Of a stretch of 64,000 nt of DNA, positions 9,097 to 16,248 are shown in pieces. Under the pieces are notes generated by a model. That model saw only the letters and a program-made list of their open reading frames with translations. It searched no databases and was not told the DNA's origin. The translations under genes and the position numbers were made by a program. The stretch is from Armatimonadota bacterium (GTDB lineage Bacteria > Armatimonadota > Hebobacteria > CAIYQO01), in assembly GCA_020060775.1 (NCBI GenBank), contig JAGUZN010000116.1, forward strand, positions 3,995-67,994, in the 5' to 3' direction. Within the stretch, counting starts at the first letter, position 1. Each line of letters opens with the position of its first letter.

Positions 9097-10378
9097 ATGC
9101 GACACCCATCATTCCGCAGGACGACGCGGCAGGCAGGGTTTACCCTCATTGAATTGCTCGTCGTTATCGCCATTATCGCCATTCTGGCGGCGATTCTCTT
9201 CCCCGTGTTCGCCAAAGCGCGGGAAAAGGCCCGACAATCGTCGTGCATGAACAACCAGCGGCAGATCGCCGTTTCTATCCTCATGTGGGCGCAGGACCAC
9301 GACGAGGAATTGCCCGACTCCTCTAACGTCTGGCCGGAGATCAACGTGGACCGCAACATCCTCATGTGTCCCACCAAGGGCAAGAAAGTCGCCAACGCCT
9401 ACGTGTACAACAATTTCATCGCCGGCAAAGCTCTGGGCGAGTTGCCCTACCCGGACACCACGCAGATGCTCTGGGACGGGCAGCATGCGGCCACCACCTC
9501 CCCGATCACCTACGACAACGTGGCCTACACGGTCGATGATCTCGACTTCCGCCACAGCAACCGCACGCTCACCGCGTTTCTCGATGGCCATGTCGCCATC
9601 CAGGCCGGGGGCACCGACCGGGTAGTCGCCGAACCTCATCCCTATACGGGGTACACCGATCACTGGGTTCATGGTAAAACAACTGACCAAGAAGCATTCC
9701 TTAACATCCGCGTGCTGCAAGCGCCTTATGCCGGCCATCCGGACCAAGACCAACTGGTGGCAGTGGTACTACGGCGGCTTTATGTCGATCTTCGTGAATG
9801 GCGTAAACGTCTCCGGACCGCCCTGTAATACCTATTCTTCACGCGGCGGGGCCAATTATGCCACCGTGCGCCAGACGTGGAATATCGGCAACGGCCAGAT
9901 GAACGTAGATTTCCAGGTGCCTTACGACGAACACTGCATCTACACAACGATCAGTTTTGTGGATGTCACGGTCACCAGCCTGCAAGTGAACAACTGGGCG
10001 TATTCCGCTGGCTTCGTCAATCCCGCGACACGCCGTGTGACAACCGCCAGCGGATCTATCGAAAACGCCCAGGCCACTGATGTCTCAAAGATCTGTCACC
10101 CCTCGGATAGCTGGGCCACCCTGAATGCACCTGATCGTGCGAATCTGGGTGTGTTGGGCATGGTCTGGTTGCCGCAGGAGGGCGTCACCGTTACTCCGCA
10201 CGTCTCGAACTACTGGACGTATATCGGCATGGACTTCCCCTCCGGCACCACCACCGCGCACATGGCGTTCTATGCCTGGAACAAGCCGAGCAACACCGAG
10301 CCGACTATCCGCACGGAATTCCTGAAGACCCTGGAACATGATAAGAACGTGCTGGCCGGCGGCCCGTTCCTCTTTTAA
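9097..10378 (+). pseudogene. Frameshifted pseudopilin-like paralog (prepilin N-terminus, H-X9-[10 protein letters not shown] domain)
   Basis: Two overlapping ORFs, 9067/9097..9828 and 9671..10378, together reconstitute the full architecture of gene 12458. The frame changes around 9736-9750: ...[11 protein letters not shown] in frame 1, then [14 protein letters not shown] in frame 2. ATG 9097 follows AAAAGGAGG. Confidence 0.75.
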
Positions 10379-10402
10379 CACACGTAAGCACTGTACACAC
10401 AG

Positions 10403-10438
10403 CGAGCCCCGGCAAACCTGCCGGGGCTCGGTCTTTTT
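10403..10438 (+). terminator. Rho-independent terminator
   Basis: CGAGCCCCGGCA-aacc-TGCCGGGGCTCG (12-bp stem) followed by GTCTTTTTCC. Confidence 0.8.
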
Positions 10439-10462
10439 CCAGGCATGACGCGAAACACTGCT

Positions 10463-11245
10463 TCAGGGTGTCACGCGTACCCAATCGGCGAAATCACGCT
10501 GAAAACGCGCCAGCACCTGATAGGGGTCTGTCGCCATGTAGTAGAAGCGTCCATGCCGCGTCACCGCGCCTCGCGGCGGCAGCGTACCCAGCCACACGAC
10601 GGTGTGGATGCACCCACCCATTGCACAGTACAGGCGTGAGCAACGCTCCCAGCCGGCGGCGTAGACCTGCGTGCGGTCGATGGACTGACAGAGGATAATC
10701 GGCAGATCGGCGAGGTTCTCCCCGCTCACCTGGCGATTGCTCGGCACAGCGTAATGGACGTTGATGTCACCGACAGTTTTCAGCCCCCACTGCGTGGCAA
10801 CGAAGGAACGCTGTGTCCATTCCGTGTTGCGCTCTTTGCGCGGGCCATGGAACGCACTGTTCACCCAGCTTGTGGGAATATGCTCCGGCATGGTACACCA
10901 GGCGCCGCCATTGTGCGCGAAGCAAAAATCGGCCTCTGCATCGGTATACGACACATCGCCATCGTTGAACAGCGTAAACGTGAGGTCGACGACCTCGTGG
11001 TCGATAACGACCAGATCCGTCTGATAACGCAATCCGCGGTCGCCCAGCGTCTGCCGCACTGACCACCCGCCGGCGATTTCGATCCATTCCGGCCGGGCGA
11101 CATGGCAATGCATGTAGCAGGCTTCCCACCCGCTCACAATTTCCGGCGCCAGCATTGACCAGCGCCGATCACCATCATCGGCTATTCCAATTCGTGAGCA
11201 TTCGAGCATTGGTGTGAGCTTGAGCATCGCAGCAGTAGTCGGCAT
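10463..11245 (-). CDS. Hypothetical protein (260 aa)
   Basis: Long ORF with coding-like composition and no recognisable motifs. It sits between the pilin paralog and a LacI gene. Confidence 0.6.
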   Translation of the reverse strand: MPTTAAMLKLTPMLECSRIGIADDGDRRWSMLAPEIVSGWEACYMHCHVARPEWIEIAGGWSVRQTLGDRGLRYQTDLVVIDHEVVDLTFTLFNDGDVSYTDAEADFCFAHNGGAWCTMPEHIPTSWVNSAFHGPRKERNTEWTQRSFVATQWGLKTVGDINVHYAVPSNRQVSGENLADLPIILCQSIDRTQVYAAGWERCSRLYCAMGGCIHTVVWLGTLPPRGAVTRHGRFYYMATDPYQVLARFQRDFADWVRVTP

Positions 11246-11329
11246 GGTGTCCTCCCCAAAGTTCAGTTACATGACGTACTACGCCGGAATATCAGAATTC
11301 CCTGCTGTCTTTTGGTGAGTCATCAGGGG

Positions 11330-12340
11330 TTATTGCCGCGGAGGGACGCAGGAGGCACGCTTGATCAGTTGCGCCGGGAGGGCGACCTGTGCGAAGTCAC
11401 CGTGCAGCAACGGCGAGGGGTCGTCCATACGGGCGAAGAGCAACTCCACCGCGCGTTTCGCCACCGCCTCGGTGGGTTGGGCAATCGTGGTTAGCGGCGG
11501 AGACAGGTGGGCGGACAGCGGATAATTGCCCACGCCCAGCACGCTGAGCTGGGCAGGCACATTCAGCCCCATGTGCCGAGCTACGGTCATGGCCCTGGCC
11601 GCCAACTCATCGTTATCGCCGATGATTGCCGTCGGGGGATGCTTCGCACCCAACACGACCGCCAACTCGTGGTCGGCATCTTTGAAATCCCGGTCGATGA
11701 GCATATCGGTCGGCAATCCCCGCCGCACCAGTGCTTCAAAGATCGCCCGCGGTCGCCCAGCGACGGGACCTTTCGACAGGAAGCCGAGGTAGGCGATGCG
11801 GCGGTGACCGAGGCGGTACAGGTAATCCACCGCCATCTCCCCCAGTGCCGTTTCATCGGTGCCCACCCAATCGACCGGGCAATCTACGGGGGTCACATCA
11901 TACGTCACCACGGGTATGCCGCATGCGAGCAAGTGCTGAATGAGTTCGGCGGGCAGCGGGTGAAAATGCCCCGAATGCATGATAATGCCATCCACGCCGA
12001 GCGCTTCGAACTCCTGGAGAATAGCCACCGTACGCACAGGCAGGCCCTTATTCAACTGGCAGAGCCAGCGGCAGTGGTGTTGCGCGCAGGCATCCACCAA
12101 TATCGTGCCGAGTGATATCTCAGTAGTCGAATAAAACCCCCGGGACACCCAACCGATCATGCGCTGGTGCGCGGGTAGTTCGACGGGGCCGCGCACCAGC
12201 GGGGCGTAGTGATACGCCGCCGCCATTTGCAGGACGCGCTCTCGTGTCGCCGGCGCGACATTCGCCAGTCCATTCAAGGCCCGGTACGCGGTGGCCGGCG
12301 ATACGCCCGCCAGTTTAGCCAGTTGCCTGAGTGAAAGCAT
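11330..12340 (-). CDS. LacI/GalR-family transcriptional regulator
   Basis: The track ORF runs to 12397. The Met at 12340 gives MLSLRQLAKLAGVSPATAYRALNG, which aligns with MVTVRQLAKLAGVS of the LacI at 2111. The start is uncertain (12349 and 12397 are also possible). Confidence 0.85.
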   Translation of the reverse strand: MLSLRQLAKLAGVSPATAYRALNGLANVAPATRERVLQMAAAYHYAPLVRGPVELPAHQRMIGWVSRGFYSTTEISLGTILVDACAQHHCRWLCQLNKGLPVRTVAILQEFEALGVDGIIMHSGHFHPLPAELIQHLLACGIPVVTYDVTPVDCPVDWVGTDETALGEMAVDYLYRLGHRRIAYLGFLSKGPVAGRPRAIFEALVRRGLPTDMLIDRDFKDADHELAVVLGAKHPPTAIIGDNDELAARAMTVARHMGLNVPAQLSVLGVGNYPLSAHLSPPLTTIAQPTEAVAKRAVELLFARMDDPSPLLHGDFAQVALPAQLIKRASCVPPRQ

Positions 12341-12352
12341 CACGGCCATCCC

Positions 12353-12364
12353 GAAACATGTTTC
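12353..12364. promoter_or_regulatory. Perfect 12-bp palindrome GAAACATGTTTC (LacI-type operator candidate)
   Basis: Seen directly, 13 nt upstream of the preferred LacI start and 22 nt upstream of the putative -35 of divergent gene 12458. The half-sites GAAAC/GTTTC resemble LacI-family operators. Confidence 0.45.
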
Positions 12365-12386
12365 AGAATTATATCGCATTCTCCTG

Positions 12387-12416
12387 TTGACTGGCAAGGG
12401 AACGTGCAGGATACTT
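12387..12416 (+). promoter_or_regulatory. Putative promoter of gene 12458
   Basis: TTGACT, 18-nt spacer, ATACTT. Confidence 0.4.
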
Positions 12417-12457
12417 ATCCTTAAGGGATCATCTCCCAGCTGTTACGTGAAAGGAGC

Positions 12458-13777
12458 ATGCTTATGAAAACCACCCGTCGGGGCTTCACGTTGATCGAGT
12501 TGCTCGTCGTGATCGCCATTATTGCTATCCTCGCCGCCATTCTCTTCCCGGTGTTTGCCAAAGCCCGGGAAAAGGCCCGCCAGTCGTCGTGCCTGAACAA
12601 CCAGCGGCAGATCGCCGTCTCCGTCCTCATGTGGGCGCAGGACCACGATGAGGAACTGCCCGACTCCTCCAACGTGTGGCCGGAGATCAACGTGGACCGC
12701 AACATCCTGATGTGCCCCACCAAGGGCAAGAAGGTCGCCAACGCCTACGTCTACAACAACTGGATCTCCGGCAAGGCGTTGGGCGAACTGAGCTCACCGG
12801 ACACCACCCAGATGACCTGGGACGGCCAGCATGCCGCTACGACAACTCCGCTCACCTATGACAATGTGGCCTACACCATCGAAGACATTGATTTCCGCCA
12901 CAGCAATCGCGTTCTCACCTCATTCCTCGACGGCCATGTGTCTGTGCAGGGCAGCGGCTCGCCGCGGGTGTTAATTGAAAAGTTTGTACAACCCTCCGGC
13001 CACGTCGACTACCGCGTTCACGGCATCACCCCCACCACCCTTCAAACGAAATGGCCGACTGTGCGCGTCATGCAGTCCGGGGCCGGGTACCCGGCATTCA
13101 CGGATGCCCTGGGCGCCTGGACCCATACCGCCTGGTGGCAGTGGTACTACGGCGGGTTTTTGATTGTCTACGTCAATGGCTCGGTAGTTAATAACGTCAT
13201 CTGCAACTCCTACACCGCGCGCGAGGGATTCGATCACGCTTCCGTGCGCCAGACGTGGAACGTGGGCAGCGGACAGTTGCATATCGACTTCCAGATCCCC
13301 TACGATGAGCACTGCATCTATACGACCATCAGCCTCGTTGGGGTCTCGGTGACCAGTCTGCGCGTGCGCAGCCAGTGCTATCCGGCGGGATTCAACCTCC
13401 CGCTCCCCGCCAACGGCTGGGTGAAAAAAGCTACCACCGCGAGCGGCTCGGTCGCCTGCCCGGCTACTCAGGCTACGTATAGCACGTATATATGCAACCC
13501 GTCAGATAGCTGGGTCACCTTCTGTGCGCCCGAACGGGCGAATGCCGGCATTCTCGGCCAGATATGGCTGCCCCAGGAGGGCGCGACTGTGAAGTTGCAA
13601 GCGTCGTACTATGCCTGCGAAACCGACATGGAATTCCCCGCCGGCACCACGATCGCCCATACGGCGTATTACCAATGGATGAAACCGAGCAACACCGAGC
13701 CGACCATTCGCGCGGGGTTCCTGAAGACCCTCAACCATGACAAGAACATGCTGGCCAGCGGACCGTTATTGTTCTAA
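12458..13777 (+). CDS. Pseudopilin-like protein: prepilin N-terminus, H-X9-DG motif and WWQWYYGG C-terminal domain
   Basis: MLMKTTRRG|[36 protein letters not shown]; [13 protein letters not shown]; [16 protein letters not shown]...[14 protein letters not shown]...CYPAGF...SGPLLF. The start could instead be ATG 12464. Confidence 0.9.
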   Translation: MLMKTTRRGFTLIELLVVIAIIAILAAILFPVFAKAREKARQSSCLNNQRQIAVSVLMWAQDHDEELPDSSNVWPEINVDRNILMCPTKGKKVANAYVYNNWISGKALGELSSPDTTQMTWDGQHAATTTPLTYDNVAYTIEDIDFRHSNRVLTSFLDGHVSVQGSGSPRVLIEKFVQPSGHVDYRVHGITPTTLQTKWPTVRVMQSGAGYPAFTDALGAWTHTAWWQWYYGGFLIVYVNGSVVNNVICNSYTAREGFDHASVRQTWNVGSGQLHIDFQIPYDEHCIYTTISLVGVSVTSLRVRSQCYPAGFNLPLPANGWVKKATTASGSVACPATQATYSTYICNPSDSWVTFCAPERANAGILGQIWLPQEGATVKLQASYYACETDMEFPAGTTIAHTAYYQWMKPSNTEPTIRAGFLKTLNHDKNMLASGPLLF

Positions 13778-13808
13778 CACACTGCCGCAAGCGTAACAGT
13801 ACCTCACC

Positions 13809-13839
13809 GCGGAGCCCCGGCGCCCAGTCGGGGCTCCGC
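13809..13839 (+). terminator. Terminator-like hairpin
   Basis: GCGGAGCCCCG-N9-CGGGGCTCCGC followed by TTCCCC, a weak U-tract. Confidence 0.5.
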
Positions 13840-13854
13840 TTCCCCAAGCAGAGG

Positions 13855-13949
13855 TTCTAAGAAACTGTTTTGAAAGTCTCTGTCCAGTCTCGCTTGATCT
13901 TTTCGCGGCGCGATCCGCAAACAGATCCTTTCAAAACAGTTTCTTAGAA
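13855..13949. repeat. Intergenic palindromic element, copy B (MITE/REP-like)
   Basis: Perfect 22-bp terminal inverted repeat: TTCTAAGAAACTGTTTTGAAAG (13855-13876) and CTTTCAAAACAGTTTCTTAGAA (13928-13949). A further TCTGT/ACAGA pairing extends the stem. Confidence 0.85.
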
Positions 13950-13974
13950 CATCCGGTCTTCTCCCCTTGCAGGA

Positions 13975-13989
13975 GTTAACTTGTTAAAC
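13975..13989. promoter_or_regulatory. Operator-like palindrome GTTAACTTGTTAAAC
   Basis: Same motif family. It abuts the ATTATCGCT box and putative -35 upstream of the 14218-19116 operon. Confidence 0.5.
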
Positions 13990-13990
13990 A

Positions 13991-14019
13991 TTATCGCTTC
14001 CCTGCTGAGGGTATATAAT
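13991..14019 (+). promoter_or_regulatory. Putative promoter of the 14218-19116 operon
   Basis: TTATCG, 17-nt spacer, TATAAT (14014-14019). Confidence 0.45.
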
Positions 14020-14217
14020 GAAACGGTAAAGGATGTCGACAGGCCGCATCTTCACCGTTTGCTTTACGGTAGATGGATGGCAGGCGCTGCTGTTGATGCC
14101 CGGCACCCATTGCCCTACTGCCCCCGCTTTTTCGGTCGACGCCGGGAAGAGGTCCGTTAGAGAGACTTCCCATCCTCCGCGACCACATCAATTGCCATCG
14201 TGAAGGAGACTTGGACT

Positions 14218-16233
14218 ATGACGGTTGTCCGACACTGGCCCGCCTGGGTCGTGCTGGCGCTGCTGGCGAGCATCCCGGGAATGACCCTCCCGGCTGCCGC
14301 CGCCGTCAGCGCCCGCGAGGTCACCAAAGATGGGGGCACGCAGATTGTGCTGAGCAACGATCGCGTGCAACTCACCTTCGCGCCCGCCCATGGGGGGCGA
14401 TGCACCAGTTTCCGCCTGCTGCCATCCGGCGAGGAATTTGTGGGGAAGGACCAGCTCGGTTTCTTTCTCGATCACTGGGCGAAGTACGTCTGGCCGAGCG
14501 GGCTCTATCACCTGCCGTACCAGCATGCGATTGTCGGCGATGGTAAGACCCGCGCCGGCGTCCACCTGTGGATCGTCGTGCCCGCCAAGGGGGGCGGCGC
14601 GGGGGCGTCCGGGGCGAGCGCATCCAAAGCGATCGACACTTCGCCGGAACTGATCGGCCTGGAAGTGCACAAGACGATCTGGCTCACCGCCGGCAGCGAT
14701 CTCGTCGAGGTCGAGCACCGCATTGTGAACCCCACCGAGGGCAGCCGTTCGGTCGCTCCCTACATGCAGCACCATTTCAATATCAACGGCAGCCGCTTTT
14801 TTGATACCTGGTATATGCCCTCCAATCAGGGAGTGATGTGGAGAATCCAGCCGGAAGACGAGTACGGCAAAGCGTATGGCCCGGAGTGGATTATGGAGCC
14901 GACAGCGGGCTGGATGGCGGTACGCGACCGGCAGACCAATGCCGGCCTGCTCTTCACCTTTGACTATAATTATCTGCGCAAGATGTACACCTGCGGTGAG
15001 ACGGCGGAATGGTTTATGGAGGCGGTGCCCGTGTCCGCGGGCAAGCAGTTCACCACCCGCTACTGCGTGAAGCCGGTGACGGGCTTCGACGGTTTTGTGT
15101 ATGGTTCCGAGCGCCTTGTCGCCAACATCGCCGCGCGCGAGAAGGGCAAGGATGTGCATATCACGCACGATGTCATGGCGGTGGGGCAGCCGTTGCCCAA
15201 TGCCGAAACCACCATCATGGTGATGGACTGGAAGAGCAAACAGGTCATCGTGAAACGTTCATGGACGGACAAGGCGATCGGGGGGAAACAGATGCGCCAC
15301 GCGCTCACCTGCACCCCCAGAAAAACGGCAGACGGCCTGCTGATCCGGGTGTCCGTGCAGAGCAAAGGGACCACCGAACAGTACGAGCTGTTCTACGCCG
15401 GTGATATCTATGAGCATGAACGGCGCTACAGCCACTTCGCCACCGGCGGCGGCGCGTTGCCCGAAGCCAAGGGCGATGCCTATTTTGTGCAAGCCCCGCG
15501 CAAAGTCAAAACGATCGACAAGCCGGACTTCGCCGACATCCCCCGCCCCACGCCGGACACGTTCCGCGTCTTTGCGGCCTTCGGGCTGTACACCGACTTC
15601 TTTGCGTTCGACGACGCGGTAGAGGGGTGGAAGAGCCGCGGTGGGGCAGCCCCGCAGTTCACCTGGGTCAACTGCCCGCCCAACGGCATCGAGTCCTTCC
15701 CGGGGAGTTACGAAGAACTGTTCGGTTACAATCTGATCATCCTGGGCGATGTGAACTACCGCGCGCTCGGCGATATCCCGATGGAGATGCTCTGCGACTA
15801 CGTGGAGCAGGGAGGCAGCCTGCTGGTGACCGGCGGGCCGTATGCGCTGGGCAACGGGGAATTTGAGGGGTCGCGTTTCCTGGAGGTGCTGCCCGCCACC
15901 CTGTCCGGCCCCTTCGATATGCAGTGGGCGGGCAAGGGCAAGTCCTGGGCGCTCCAGGCTGCGCCCGACGGGAAAGCGCTGATGCAGGGCGTCGCCTTTG
16001 CACAAACCCCGCGCGTCTACTGGCAGCACGCCGTGACGCCCAAACCCGGCGCCACCGTGGCGCTCACCGCCGGCGGGAAACCGAGCCTGGTGCTCGGGCG
16101 CTATGGCAAAGGACGTGTCGCGCTGTTGACGCTCAGTCCGAACGGCGATCCTGCCGCGGGCGAGACTGCCTGGTGGGACTGGGACGGCTGGTACACGCTG
16201 ATGAAAAATCTGTTCACCTGGTTGAACGTCTGA
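14218..16233 (+). CDS. Secreted protein with a C-terminal class-I glutamine-amidotransferase-like (GATase1-like/DUF1355-type) domain
   Basis: ATG 14218 follows an AAGGAG SD (the track ORF starts at GTG 14200). Signal peptide MTVVRHWPAWVVLALLASIPGMTLPAAAA. C-terminal LFGYNLIILGDVNYRALGD...YVEQGGSLLVTGGPYALGNG...FLEVLPATL...GKGRVALL. Confidence 0.7.
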   Translation: MTVVRHWPAWVVLALLASIPGMTLPAAAAVSAREVTKDGGTQIVLSNDRVQLTFAPAHGGRCTSFRLLPSGEEFVGKDQLGFFLDHWAKYVWPSGLYHLPYQHAIVGDGKTRAGVHLWIVVPAKGGGAGASGASASKAIDTSPELIGLEVHKTIWLTAGSDLVEVEHRIVNPTEGSRSVAPYMQHHFNINGSRFFDTWYMPSNQGVMWRIQPEDEYGKAYGPEWIMEPTAGWMAVRDRQTNAGLLFTFDYNYLRKMYTCGETAEWFMEAVPVSAGKQFTTRYCVKPVTGFDGFVYGSERLVANIAAREKGKDVHITHDVMAVGQPLPNAETTIMVMDWKSKQVIVKRSWTDKAIGGKQMRHALTCTPRKTADGLLIRVSVQSKGTTEQYELFYAGDIYEHERRYSHFATGGGALPEAKGDAYFVQAPRKVKTIDKPDFADIPRPTPDTFRVFAAFGLYTDFFAFDDAVEGWKSRGGAAPQFTWVNCPPNGIESFPGSYEELFGYNLIILGDVNYRALGDIPMEMLCDYVEQGGSLLVTGGPYALGNGEFEGSRFLEVLPATLSGPFDMQWAGKGKSWALQAAPDGKALMQGVAFAQTPRVYWQHAVTPKPGATVALTAGGKPSLVLGRYGKGRVALLTLSPNGDPAAGETAWWDWDGWYTLMKNLFTWLNV

Positions 16234-16248
16234 CGAGGAGGAGCACCC

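Noticed and set aside
8823-13839. The repeated GAGCCCCGGC...GCCGGGGCTC hairpins and the palindromic elements were considered as a possible CRISPR-like array.
   Set aside because: The spacing is irregular and kilobase-scale, each repeat sits after or before a gene, there is no repeat-spacer periodicity, and no cas genes are present.
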